DNA of 64,000 bases from an uncultured Actinomycetes bacterium (GTDB lineage: Bacteria > Actinomycetota > UBA4738 > JBBDTT01): positions 864,001-928,000 of the forward strand of contig CAVUMN010000003.1 of the NCBI GenBank assembly GCA_963742735.1, written 5' to 3'. The notes under the pieces are model-generated. The model saw only the letters and a list, made by a program, of their open reading frames with translations, was not told where the DNA came from and ran no database searches. Position 1 is the stretch's first letter; the number at the start of each line of letters is the position of its first letter. Position numbers and translations under genes: made by a program. Positions 1 through 10,328 of the stretch are shown here, in pieces.

Positions 1-969
1 GAGTACCTGGATGGCGGGGGCGGGGGCCGCCGCGGGCTGCGGGACCACCCGTGGGCCGGCGACCGGCTCAAGGTCTACGCGACCCGGTCGGGGTCGGGGG
101 CGGCGCACACCGCGCTGCGCCTGTCGCTCGCCGAGCTCACCCTGGCCGACCTCCAGACCGCGTACGACTGGAGCCGGGCCCAGGACGAGGCCATCTACCG
201 CCTGGAGCGCCTGTACCGAGAGGACTGGCTGCCGACCGTCGCCTCCGAGGGCCAGGACCTCCAGGAGCTGGCCGAGCAGACCGGCTCGACCACGGCCACG
301 CTGCAGGTCATCCAGCGCCGGGCCCGGCGGATCCTCGACCTGCCCTGCATCAGCCGCGACCCGTCCCAGCCGTCGCTCTCGGAGCGGATCGTCGAGGAGC
401 TCTCGAACGGCTACTCCGTCCTGGTGGAGACGAGCGGGCTGTCGAGCATGGAGGAGATCCTGGTCGCCTCGGTGATCACCCGCCGGCTGCTCGACACCTA
501 CGCCGACGCGTTCCTGGAGGACCGCGAGGCCTTCGAGCGCCTCCCCCCCACGCTGGTGGCGTTGGAGGAGGCCCAGCGGGTCCTGTCCCGCGTGAAGCGC
601 TCCGACGACAACGTCTTTCCCCGCGTGGCCAGGGAGGGGCGGAAGTTCCGGGTCGGGCTGTGCGCGGTGTCCCAGCAGCCGAAGCTCATCGACGACGAGC
701 TGCTCTCGCAGTTCAACACCTTCTTCATCCTGGGCCTGGCCGACGAGAAGGACCGCAACATCCTGCGGGCGTCCTCGAAGCAGGACATCGGCGACCTCGG
801 CCCCGAGATCCAGACCCTCATGCCCGGCGAGGCGATCGTGACGAACCTCGAGGCGCCGTTCGCGCTGCCCGCCAGGGTGTTCCTGTACGAGGACTACCTG
901 AAGGCCGTGACGGGGCCATTGCCGCTCCCGCCCCCGCCCGAGGGCGCCTCGAGGGGCTTCGCCGAGTAG
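1..969 (+). CDS. herA: HerA/FtsK-like ATPase (DNA end-resection helicase HerA), 5'-truncated by the window edge
   Basis: Frame 1 is open from base 1 (EYLDGG...). Walker B-type LEEAQR, AREGRKFRVGLCAVSQQP and SQFNT are typical HerA C-terminal motifs. Directly upstream of mre11/rad50. Confidence 0.8.
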   Translation, partial: EYLDGGGGGRRGLRDHPWAGDRLKVYATRSGSGAAHTALRLSLAELTLADLQTAYDWSRAQDEAIYRLERLYREDWLPTVASEGQDLQELAEQTGSTTATLQVIQRRARRILDLPCISRDPSQPSLSERIVEELSNGYSVLVETSGLSSMEEILVASVITRRLLDTYADAFLEDREAFERLPPTLVALEEAQRVLSRVKRSDDNVFPRVAREGRKFRVGLCAVSQQPKLIDDELLSQFNTFFILGLADEKDRNILRASSKQDIGDLGPEIQTLMPGEAIVTNLEAPFALPARVFLYEDYLKAVTGPLPLPPPPEGASRGFAE

Positions 970-2108
970 TGGCGCGCCTCGTCGCGCTCGGTGACGCGCA
1001 CCTGGGACGGGCCCACCTGGCCCACCTTCGCGACGACGAGGGCCGCCCCGTCCGCGAGGAGGACTTCCTGCGGTCCTTCGACTGGGCGATCGAGGAGACC
1101 CTGCGACAGGAGCCCGACGGCTTCCTGTGGCTGGGCGACGTCTTCGACCACGCCCGGCCCTCGTACCGGGTCTTCGCGCGGGTGCTCGCCGGGCTCCAGA
1201 AGCTCACCGACGCCGGGCTGCGCGGGGTGGCCATCAGCGGGAACCACGACACACCCCGCCTGCGGGGCACCGGCTCGCCGTACGACGCCCTGGAGCGGGT
1301 GTTCCCCTCCACGGCCTTCGCGTGGCGCCTGGAGGGCTTGAGCGCCGACCTGGCCGGCGTGCGCGTCTTGGCCGTCCCCCAGACCAACACGGTGGAGGAG
1401 TTCAAGGCCGAGCTCGAGCGGGTCACCCCGGAGGCCGGCGGCGACGCCACGAGCCTGCTCATCGCGCACGTGGCCCTGTCCTCGCTGCCCACCCGGGACT
1501 GGCGGGACATGAACGAGCTGGAGGTCACGGCCGCCGACCTGGGCCGCCGGTTCGACCTGGTGGTCCTGGGGCACTACCACCAGCACCTGAAGTCCTCGGC
1601 GAAGACCTGGTACGCGGGCTCGACGGACTCGTTCGGGTTCGGCGACCGCCCCAACGACAAGGTGGGGCCGAAGGGGCTTCTCGTCGTGGACACCGACGCC
1701 GGGAAGGTCGAGCTGGTCCCGAACCCGCACGAGCGCCCGCTGCTCACCCGGCAGGTCGACGCCGCGTCGCTGGGCCCCTCCGAGCTCCTGGAGGCGGCCG
1801 AGCGGGAGGGGGCGGGCGCGCCGGAGGGCGCCATCGTCCGCATCTGGCTGAACGCGGTGGATCCGGCCGCGTACCGCCAGCTCACCCAGGGCGAGTTCCA
1901 GGAGGCCGTTCCCGGCGCGCTGTTCGTCCAGGTCGAGCCGGACTGGGGCGCCGGCGCGCTGTCCGTCCAGGGGGGCATCGAGATCGGGAGCCTGGAGTCC
2001 GAGTGGGGCACCTACGTGGACGGTCAGGACCTGGCCGGGCTGGAGCGGCCGCGGGTGCGCGACCTGGGGGCCCGGTTCCTGGAGGCGGCCCGGGGGGAGG
2101 CCGTCTAG
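969..2108 (+). CDS. sbcD: Mre11/SbcD metallophosphoesterase nuclease
   Basis: GTG overlaps the herA stop. Motifs GDAHLG, GDVFD, GNHD, AH and GHYH, plus YAGS. Confidence 0.9.
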   Translation: MARLVALGDAHLGRAHLAHLRDDEGRPVREEDFLRSFDWAIEETLRQEPDGFLWLGDVFDHARPSYRVFARVLAGLQKLTDAGLRGVAISGNHDTPRLRGTGSPYDALERVFPSTAFAWRLEGLSADLAGVRVLAVPQTNTVEEFKAELERVTPEAGGDATSLLIAHVALSSLPTRDWRDMNELEVTAADLGRRFDLVVLGHYHQHLKSSAKTWYAGSTDSFGFGDRPNDKVGPKGLLVVDTDAGKVELVPNPHERPLLTRQVDAASLGPSELLEAAEREGAGAPEGAIVRIWLNAVDPAAYRQLTQGEFQEAVPGALFVQVEPDWGAGALSVQGGIEIGSLESEWGTYVDGQDLAGLERPRVRDLGARFLEAARGEAV

Positions 2109-2111
2109 CCG

Positions 2112-4394
2112 GTGCGCGCGCTGGAGCTCTCGCTTCGCAACTACCGGGTGTTCGAGGAGCTCGAACTCGAGCTTCCCTCGCGGGTGATCGGGGTCTTCGG
2201 GGCGAACGGCAGCGGCAAGTCGACGCTGGTCGAGTCGATCGGGGTCGCCCTGTACGGCCTGGACTTCGCCCGGACCCCGAAGCAGCAGATCCGGACCCAG
2301 GGCCTGCTGACCGACTGCCGCATCCGGCTGGTCTTCGAGCACGCCGGTACGCAGTACGAGGTGCGCCGCGAGATCCGCGGCAAGAACCACTCGACCGACG
2401 CCGAGCTCTTCGCGAAGGACGCCCGGCTGGCGGTGGGCGTGACCGAAGTCGACGCCGAGATCCGCCGGCTGCTGCGGATGGACCGCCAGGTGTTCCGGGC
2501 CAGCGTCTTCGCCGAGCAGAAGCAGCTCGACGCGTTCAGCGACCTGACCAAGTCCAAGCGCAAGGAGATGGTCCTGCGCCTGCTGGGCATCAAGCCCGTC
2601 GACGACGCCCGGACCGCCGCGCGCGCCGAGGCCCGGGGCAAGGCGCGCGACGCGGAGAACCTGGTCGGCTCGCTCCCCGACCTGCCCGCGCTCGAGACCG
2701 AGCTGGCGGCGGCCACGGAGGCCGCGGGGGCCGCGGAGGCGGCCGCGACGGGTGCCCACCAGGCGCTCACGGACGCCGAGGTCCGGGCGCAGACGGCCGA
2801 CGCCGCCTTCGCCGAGGCCGACCGGATCCGCGCCGAGACCGAGCGCGTCGGGGCGCTCCGGGCGGCCACGGGCGCGGAGCTCGATCGCGCCGCGAAGCGC
2901 GCCGCGGAGCTGGACGGCCGCCTGATCGAGGCCCGGGAACGCCTGGCCGGCCTGCGGGACCTCCAGGCCGAACGGGAGGCGCTCGCGGACGCGCGGGAGC
3001 GCCTCGGGACGGCCCGGGAGCTCGTGCGGGAGGCCGAAGCCCTGGCGAAGCTCCAGGCGGAGCTCGAGGGTCTCCCCGAGGTCGACGCGAGATCCGCGCT
3101 TGCCGAGCTGGAGGCCGCGGACGCCGCGCGCGCCGCCGCGCAGCAGGCCGCGTCGGACGCCGCCGCAACGCAGCGAGTCGCCGAAGGGGCGGCCGAGACC
3201 GCCCGCCGCGCGGTCGAGTCCGCCGGCACGCTCGACCCGTCCGAGCCATGCCCCACGTGCGGCAACCCGCTCGGCGACGCGTTCGAGAACCTGGTGAAGC
3301 ACCGTCAGGACGACCTCACGCGGCTGGAGACGGACGCGGCAGCCAGCGCGAAGGCGGCGACCGCGGCGGCGGCCGGGCAGGCCAAGGCCGAGAAGGTCCT
3401 GAAGGTCGCGCAGACGGCCGCCGAGGCCGCGCAGACGGCGCTGTCCCGGCGGGCCCAGCTCGCCGCCGCCGTGGAGGAGGCCGGCGCGCGAGTCCTTGCT
3501 CTCGCCGAGACCTTTCCCGAGGGGACCCCGGACGTCGTGGCGCTCGAGGCGGCGGCGGCCCGTGCGGGCGAGCTCGACAAGCTGCTGGCCCGGCTCGAGG
3601 CGGACGCGGAGCAGCTGGCGCACCTCGAGGCGGACCAGGCCGCCGCGGCCGAGGAGGCGTCGGCGTGCGGGGCTCGCCTCATGGAGCTCGACCGGGAGGC
3701 CGCCGGCCTGGCGTTCGACCCGGAGGACCACGCCCGTGTGGCCAAGGAGCGCGACGAGGCCCGGACCCTGCTCGCTCAGGCCCGGGAGCGCGACCGGGAG
3801 GCCGCCGCACTCGCCAAGGACGCGGCGGCGGCGCGAGCCGTCATCGAGGGCCGCCTGCAGCAGGCGCGGGAGACCGCCGCGCGCGTGGGCACGCTGCGGG
3901 ACGACGCGCGGTACCTCGAGCGCGTGACGGTCCTGCTCGACGGGTTCCGGGACCATCTGGTTGCCCGGATCGGCCCCGAGCTCTCCCGCGAGGCGGAGGC
4001 GCTCTTCCGCGAGCTCACCAACCACGAGTACGAGGACCTGAAGATCGCGGAGGACGACCTGGCGATCCAGATCGCCGACGCCGGCACGTACTTCGACATG
4101 GCGCGGTTCTCGGGCTCCGAAACCGACCTGGCGAACCTGGCCCTGCGCGTGGCGATCTCGATGCACCTCTCGCGCATGGCCGGGGCGGACGTCGGGATGA
4201 TGGTCCTGGACGAGGTGCTCGGCTCGCTGGACGCGGAGCGCCGCGACCTGATGGTCCAGGCCCTGGGCAAGCTGGCCGACCGCTTCCACCAGCTGTTCGT
4301 GATCACCCACGCCGAACCGGTGAAGGACGCCTTCCCCGCCTCGATCGAGGTCCGCAAGACCGGCCGGCGGCGCAGCGACGCCCGGCTCGTCTGA
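2112..4394 (+). CDS. sbcC: Rad50/SbcC SMC-family ATPase
   Basis: Walker A GANGSGKST, Q-loop FAEQKQ, long Ala-rich coiled coil with central zinc hook CPTCG, signature FSGSE, Walker B MVLDE, H-loop ITH. Confidence 0.93.
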   Translation: MRALELSLRNYRVFEELELELPSRVIGVFGANGSGKSTLVESIGVALYGLDFARTPKQQIRTQGLLTDCRIRLVFEHAGTQYEVRREIRGKNHSTDAELFAKDARLAVGVTEVDAEIRRLLRMDRQVFRASVFAEQKQLDAFSDLTKSKRKEMVLRLLGIKPVDDARTAARAEARGKARDAENLVGSLPDLPALETELAAATEAAGAAEAAATGAHQALTDAEVRAQTADAAFAEADRIRAETERVGALRAATGAELDRAAKRAAELDGRLIEARERLAGLRDLQAEREALADARERLGTARELVREAEALAKLQAELEGLPEVDARSALAELEAADAARAAAQQAASDAAATQRVAEGAAETARRAVESAGTLDPSEPCPTCGNPLGDAFENLVKHRQDDLTRLETDAAASAKAATAAAAGQAKAEKVLKVAQTAAEAAQTALSRRAQLAAAVEEAGARVLALAETFPEGTPDVVALEAAAARAGELDKLLARLEADAEQLAHLEADQAAAAEEASACGARLMELDREAAGLAFDPEDHARVAKERDEARTLLAQARERDREAAALAKDAAAARAVIEGRLQQARETAARVGTLRDDARYLERVTVLLDGFRDHLVARIGPELSREAEALFRELTNHEYEDLKIAEDDLAIQIADAGTYFDMARFSGSETDLANLALRVAISMHLSRMAGADVGMMVLDEVLGSLDAERRDLMVQALGKLADRFHQLFVITHAEPVKDAFPASIEVRKTGRRRSDARLV

Positions 4395-4400
4395 ACCCGC

Positions 4401-7400
4401 TCAGCCTCCCCAGCGGGTGGTGAGGTAGTCGGCGCGAACCACGTTGCCCTTGGAGCGGTAGATGCGGGCGGCCTCGATGCCGGCCTCCGCCGCCTCCCGG
4501 TCCTTGCCGGCGGCGCCGAGGACCTCGGCCAGGTCCGCGTACGCGTCCCCCTGGTTCTGCGGGAAGTCGGTGCGCAGGCTGAACTCCACGGCCTCGCGGG
4601 CCAGCGTCTCGGCCTGCTCGTGCTCCCCTCGCGCGGCCATGACCCTCGCCCGGACGCACCGCCACAGGATCTGGGCGTCCAGGTCGTCGTCGTCGGCGAA
4701 CTCCTCCCCGACGACCGACATCTCCTCGGCCTCCTCCATGCGTCCGAGGGCCACCAGCACCTGGCCGAGCACGCACGCGGTCGAGCACAGGTAGCTGCGC
4801 TCCCCCATGCGCTCCAGGACCTGGTACGCCTCGCGGAGCTCGCGTTCCGCGCCCTCCAGGTCGCCGGAGAGCACGTAGACCACGGCCCGGTCCTGCGAGG
4901 TGCTCGCCCGCATCAGCGTCATGCCCAGCTGATCGAACAGCTCGGTGCTGCGGGTCATCACGGCGCGGGCCTCCTCGAAGCGGCCCATCATCGCCAGGAA
5001 GCCGGCCATCGCGTTGCGGACCCGCGCCTCCACCTTCAGGCTCGGTTCGGCGGTCCGCAGCGTGCGGTCCAGCCAGTGCACGCCCTCCTCGGCGGGGGTC
5101 GGCCCGTAGAAGATCGCGGACACCATCTCGGTGACCATCTGGGTCTCGTCGCGGGGGGCCCCGGCCAGGCGGGCGTGCTCCAGGGCGCGGGTCAGCGCCG
5201 TCGTGGCGGTCGGCCATCCGTCCCCACAGGTTGTACGCGCGGGCCCGCAGGTGCCACGCTCGGGCCAGGCCCAGCTCGTCTCCCGCGGCCTCGAACACCG
5301 GGATCACCTCGTCGGAGACCTGCGACTCCTGGTCCGCCATCCCCTGGGGATCGGTCAGGATGCGGGTCTTCACCAGGGCGATGCGCAGGTGGGCCTCGGC
5401 GACCCGGTCGCCGACGGCGCGCGTCTCGGCGAGCGCCGACTCGAGCAGCTCGATCGCGCGCGCGAACCGGCCGGCCTCGCCCAGAGCCTCCGCCAGGTCC
5501 GGCACCAGGGCGACCCGGCGCGAGAGGGTGGGCTCGATCGCCACCGCGCGATCGAGCAGGCTGACCGTGGCCGGCACGTCGCCCCGGGCCATGGCCCGGT
5601 TCCCCGCCGACGCGAGCGCCGCGGCGGCCATCCCGGCCAGGTCGCGGACCTCCTCCTCGGCGCCGCCGAGCTCGGCCCGGTACCGGTGTGCCTGCTCCAG
5701 GTGGTAGCCGACGATCTCGTCCTCCTCGGCCCGCACGCCGACGCGGGTGGCGAGCCACGTCGCGAACCCCTCGTGCAGGCCCGCCCGCGTCTCCTTGAGC
5801 ATCCCCTGGTACGCCGCGTCGCGGATCAGCAGGTGGGTGAAGCGCCAGGTGCCGGGCTCCGCCGAGGGCTCCTCCTGGGGGCGGACCAGATCCCGCCGCG
5901 CCAGGGCCTGCAGCCGCTCGCCCACCCGCGGCCGCTCCTCCGGCGGGGTCAGGGCCCACACGGTGCGCTCGTCGAACTGCTTGCCGACCACGGACGCGCG
6001 CTCGATGACGGCCCGCTCGGACGGCGGCAGCCGGTCCAGGCGGGTCGCGAGCAGCGCCTGGACGGTCGGCGGGACCGTGACCGAGCCCAGGTCGCCGGCG
6101 GCCACCCACCGGCCGCCCTCCTGGCGGAGCAGGCCGTCGTCGATGAGCGTCCGGAACACCTCGCCCACGAACAGGGGGTTGCCCTCGGCGGCCTCGGCGA
6201 TCCGCCGGCGGGCCTCCGGGGGAAGCGCGCCGCCCGGGGCGAGCTGCTCGAGCAGCGTGTCGCTCTCGTCGGCGGTGAGCGGGGCCAGGCTCAGCAGGGC
6301 CGAGCGGCCGTCGTCCGTGCCCCAGCCCGGGCGGGCCTCGAACAGCTCCGGCCGGCTGGGGGCGAGGATCAGCACGGCCGCGTCCTCGCCCTGCTGCACC
6401 AGCCCCTCCACCAGGTCCAGGAAGGTCGACTCCGCGGCGTGGAGGTCGTCGAACACCACGACCACCGGGCGTTTCCCAGGCGAGGGTCTCCAGGAACCGC
6501 CGGGCTCCCCAGAACCCCGTCTCGAGCGTCGAGACCTCCGGGTCGAACCCGAGCAGCCCCGCCAGCCGCTGGGCGATCAGCTCGGCGTCCCCCGCGTCGG
6601 CGACGGCTCGGCGGATCTTGTCGCGCGCCGCGGCCGGGGCGTCGTCGTCCAGGATGCCGGACGCCATCTGCACCACCTCGAGCAGCGGCCAGAAGGTGAT
6701 GCCGTCGCCGTACGGCAGGCACCGGCCCCGCAGAACCGTCGCCGTGGCCGCCACGGTCTCCACGAACTCCTGGACCAGGCGCGACTTGCCGACGCCGGGG
6801 TCGCCCACGATCGTGACCAGCCGGGTGGACCCCGACTCCCGGACCTCCTCGAAGGACGCCCCCAGCCGTTCGAGCTCGTCGCGGCGCCCCACCATCGGGG
6901 TCTCGAGCCGGGCCGGGCGCTCCCGGGGCCCGCCGTCCAGGCTCACCACGCGGAACGCGTCGACGGCCTCGTGGCGGCCCCGAAGCGGGATCGAGGCCAC
7001 GGGCTCGGTGACCACGGTGGTCGCGACCAGCCGGTGCGTCTCCGGGCCGATGAAGATCTCGCCCACCCCGGCCTCTCGCTGCAGCCGGGAGGCCACGTTC
7101 ACGGCGTCGCCCAGGACCAGGGCGTGCCCGGGCTCGGCGGCCGCCCGGCGACCACCTCCCCGGTGTTCACGCCCGTTCGGATCGCCAGCTCGACCCCCAG
7201 GGTGGCCCGCAACTCGGCGTTCAGGGCGCCGAGCGCGGCGTTGACCTCCGTGGCGGCCCGCACGGCGCGCAGGGCGTCGTCCTCGTGGAGCTGGGGAACC
7301 CCGAACACCGCCATGACCGCGTCGCCGATGAACTTCTGGACGGTCCCCCCGTGGCGCTCCAGCGAGGTTCGCGCCGTCTCGAAGTAGCGGCGCATGACCG

Positions 7401-7587
7401 ACCGCAGGGACTCGGGGTCGAGCCGCTCGGCCAGGCCCGTCGAGCCGACCACGTCGAGGAACACCACGGTGACCGTCCGGCGGGTCTCGGGCGCGTCGGC
7501 GGCGGGGGCCGTGAGGGGCTGGCCGCACGCCAGGCAGAAGCGGCCGTGCTCGGGGTTGTCCTCGCCGCAACGGGCGCATCGGGGCAT
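4401..7587 (-). CDS. Class III adenylate/guanylate cyclase with N-terminal double zinc ribbon, STAND/AAA ATPase and TPR-like tail (apparent frameshifts near 7140, 6470 and 5200)
   Basis: CARC..FCLACG; cyclase motifs FLDVVGST, KFIGDAV, GDAVNVASRL; P-loop GDPGVGKS; VFDDLH; EGNPLF; FTHLLIRDAAY. The pieces lie in consecutive ORFs 7099-7608, 5192-7753, 4303-6465 and 4401-5138. Confidence 0.8.
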
Positions 7588-7620
7588 GCGCGTACGGTAC
7601 CCGGCCACTCTCGCGTTGGG

Positions 7621-8334
7621 CTAGGGGAACAGCTTGAGCGCCCGGGCGGCCTCGTCCGGGTTGGCGCCGGCCCAGGCGTCGAGCCCGGCCGCGACGCCCT
7701 CGTACACGCTGGTGAGGTCGGGGCCGCTCCGCAGCCCCATGATGTCGTCCCACAGGCCCGGCCCGTCGGCCGGGTCGAGCGAGGCCGCGAAGTCCGCGAG
7801 CTCGGCGCCCGTCCCGGCGTTGCGGATGGTCAGCCGATACGCGGCCAGGGCGTCCTCCCGGACCTGGGCGAGCAGGCCGCTGGAGGGAGCCCGCGGCTCC
7901 ATCCGGACGAACGCCTCGCGGGCCCGCCGGGTTACGTCCCGGGCCCGGGTGCGAAGCTCCGCCGCCAGCTGCTCCACGTCCTCGGTGCTCCCGGTGTCGG
8001 CCTCCGCGGCGAGCAGCCGTGCGGTCTCCGCCATCTCCAGGGTGGTGCCCGAGAGCGCGACGACGTCGTTCGACGCGAACACGTAGGTCAGCAGGTCCTC
8101 CTTGGGGCCGCCGGGCACGGAGACGACGGGCCCGGCCTCGGCGGCGGTGAGGTCGCTCGAGTTGTTGGGAGAGCCGGTTGCCTGGGGTCCCGCCTCGGCG
8201 GTCGCCGAGGCGGGCTCGGCGGCGTGTTCGGTCGAGGTGGCGTCCTGCGCCGCCTCGGGCCTGGTGCTCCAGCTCGCGACGACCATGCCGAGGGCGAGCA
8301 CGACCGTCGCCACGAGCAGCGGCCTCGTCTTCAC
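7621..8334 (-). CDS. Hypothetical exported helical protein
   Basis: N-terminal signal-like hydrophobic stretch, acidic Ala-rich linker, normal codon usage. Confidence 0.6.
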   Translation of the reverse strand: MKTRPLLVATVVLALGMVVASWSTRPEAAQDATSTEHAAEPASATAEAGPQATGSPNNSSDLTAAEAGPVVSVPGGPKEDLLTYVFASNDVVALSGTTLEMAETARLLAAEADTGSTEDVEQLAAELRTRARDVTRRAREAFVRMEPRAPSSGLLAQVREDALAAYRLTIRNAGTGAELADFAASLDPADGPGLWDDIMGLRSGPDLTSVYEGVAAGLDAWAGANPDEAARALKLFP

Positions 8335-8384
8335 TCTGGAGCTATCGGCCGGGCGGCGCCAACCTTGAGGTGCTCAGGAGGTGC

Positions 8385-9128
8385 TCAGTTCCCGGTGGCC
8401 GAGACGTGCTGGTAGTCGACCGGGGAGGACCACCGCCCGCCCCACCCCCACCCGATCGCGTCGAAAGCCCCCACGGCGCCCCCGTCCTCCACCAGCATGC
8501 CCGGCCGGACCTCGGACCGGTCCATGTACGCGCGCGCGGCGGGCGGGTAGGCAGAGCCCCCCGAGCTGACGTAGGGGTTCTGGACCGGGTTGATGTCGAT
8601 GGCCCACCCGTAGGCATGCTCGGACCAGGTCGTCGTGCTCTCCGCGCGAAGCCGGCAGTTGAACGCCGAGGTGTTGTTCGCCTCCATCGACCGGTTGTCG
8701 TCGGCGCCGTACTCGTCAACCAGCACCATCCGCTCGATGGGGAACCGGGCCTCGAACAGGGCCCGGAACGCCTCCAGGACCTTGCGGGCGTGACGCTCGT
8801 GCTTGACGAGCCGGCCGCCCGTGTGCCGTTTCCCGTCGAAGCCCCAGAACGTCACCTCGAGCATCCGCAGGTCGTCCAGCCCGACCGGGCAGCCCTCTCG
8901 CCACGACACCCCGGTCATCCCGGAGCGGTCGGCCGCGTTCAGGGCCCGGATCCGTCCCTCGAAGACGGGGCCCGTGGGCGAGGGGCTCGGGGAGCTGGTC
9001 GCCGGCGGGTCGGTCGGCGCCGGGTCGGAGGTCGCCGGCGGCGAGGAGCTCGGGCTCGAGACGCCCGTCGGCGAGCAACCGGCGAGCACCGCGGCGATCA
9101 GGACGACGGTGGCGCGTCGCGTCCGCAT
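8385..9128 (-). CDS. M15-family Zn metallopeptidase lipoprotein (D,D- or L,D-peptidase-like)
   Basis: Lipobox VLAGC, Pro/Ser-rich linker, SAFNCR, SEHAYGWAIDINP, WGWGG..DYQH. Confidence 0.85.
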   Translation of the reverse strand: MRTRRATVVLIAAVLAGCSPTGVSSPSSSPPATSDPAPTDPPATSSPSPSPTGPVFEGRIRALNAADRSGMTGVSWREGCPVGLDDLRMLEVTFWGFDGKRHTGGRLVKHERHARKVLEAFRALFEARFPIERMVLVDEYGADDNRSMEANNTSAFNCRLRAESTTTWSEHAYGWAIDINPVQNPYVSSGGSAYPPAARAYMDRSEVRPGMLVEDGGAVGAFDAIGWGWGGRWSSPVDYQHVSATGN

Positions 9129-9145
9129 GACTCGAGGGACGGGCC

Positions 9146-9601
9146 TCAGCCCTCCTCGTGCTCCTCGTCAAACAGATGCTCGGCGTCCCGCCGGAGCTGC
9201 TCGTTGACCGAGCCGCGCTGCCGGTCGGCCTTGACCACGCAGGTGCCGGTCGCGCGGCAGACGACCAGGGGAGCCTCCAGGACGTCGGCCGCCGACTCGG
9301 CGACGTCCGGTCGCGGCGCGACGTACTTCACGGCCTCGAAGTCCATCTTCCGGCTGGTGTTGCCCACCGAGACGATACGGCCGGTGACCTCCAGGAAGTC
9401 CCCCGCGCGGACCGGCGCCAGGAACGCGACCTCCTCGTAGCCGGCGAACAGCCCCTCGTCGCCGTCGTGACGTATGCACAGCTCGGTGGCCACGTCGCCG
9501 AACAGCGCCAGGACGCGGGCGCCGTCCACCAGGTCGCCGCCGTAGTGGGCGTCGGCCTGGGACATGCGCACGCGGTGGACGGCCTCCGGGAGCTCAGGCA
9601 T
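9146..9601 (-). CDS. kal: 3-aminobutyryl-CoA ammonia-lyase (hotdog fold)
   Basis: [39 protein letters not shown]; follows kamE. Confidence 0.88.
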   Translation of the reverse strand: MPELPEAVHRVRMSQADAHYGGDLVDGARVLALFGDVATELCIRHDGDEGLFAGYEEVAFLAPVRAGDFLEVTGRIVSVGNTSRKMDFEAVKYVAPRPDVAESAADVLEAPLVVCRATGTCVVKADRQRGSVNEQLRRDAEHLFDEEHEEG

Positions 9602-10328
9602 CGGCCCGCTCCGACAGCGCCCACGCCAGGTACGAAGCGACCTCGGTCGGGGTGGTCCCCTTCCCGAACACGCGGTCGTAGCCGAGCTCCCCGGCCATCT
9701 CGGGCGTGAGCCGGGGACCGCCGGCAATCATCAGGAACCGTCCGCGCAGGCCGCGAGCGTCCACGGCGGCGGCGAAGTCGCGCAGGTGGTGCACATGGGC
9801 CTCCTTCTGGGTGACGGTCTGGCTGACCAGGACGGCGTCGGCCCCCTCGGCCTCCGCCCGCTCGGCCAGGTCCTCGGGACGGACCTGGGACCGCAGGTTG
9901 ACCACACGGAACGCCGGGTAGGCCTCCAGGCCCTTGTCGCCGGCGATCCCCTTCAGCGACAGGATCGCGTCGAGCCCGACCGTGTGGGCGTCGGTGCCCA
10001 GCGAGGCGCCGACCACGACCGCCTCCCGGCCCAGGGCGGCCTTCAGGCGGCGCTTGACCTCGCCCTTGTCGAGCATCGGGAAGGGCCGCTCCTCGACCAC
10101 CAGCTCGTCGGTGTCGACCTGGAACGGGACCGCGCCGTAGACGATGAAGAAGGTGAAGTCCGGCCCGATGGCGCTCTGGTGGACGACGAGCGGCGTACCG
10201 ATGCCCATCTGGGCGGCCAGGTCGCGGGCCGCCGCCTCGGCCCGGGCGTCCGACGGCACCGGCAGGGTGAACGACACCTGGACCTTCCCGTCGTCCGTGT
10301 CGTCGCCGTAGGGCCGAACGTTCGTCAC
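9594..10328 (-). CDS. kamE: Lysine 5,6-aminomutase beta subunit (cobalamin-binding)
   Basis: [17 protein letters not shown]12 motif [12 protein letters not shown] lysine region [16 protein letters not shown]. Confidence 0.9.
   Translation of the reverse strand: MTNVRPYGDDTDDGKVQVSFTLPVPSDARAEAAARDLAAQMGIGTPLVVHQSAIGPDFTFFIVYGAVPFQVDTDELVVEERPFPMLDKGEVKRRLKAALGREAVVVGASLGTDAHTVGLDAILSLKGIAGDKGLEAYPAFRVVNLRSQVRPEDLAERAEAEGADAVLVSQTVTQKEAHVHHLRDFAAAVDARGLRGRFLMIAGGPRLTPEMAGELGYDRVFGKGTTPTEVASYLAWALSERADA

Noticed and set aside
2600-3900. Repeat-like GCC/GCG-rich stretch
   Set aside because: It is the Ala-rich coiled-coil coding sequence of Rad50, not a DNA repeat.
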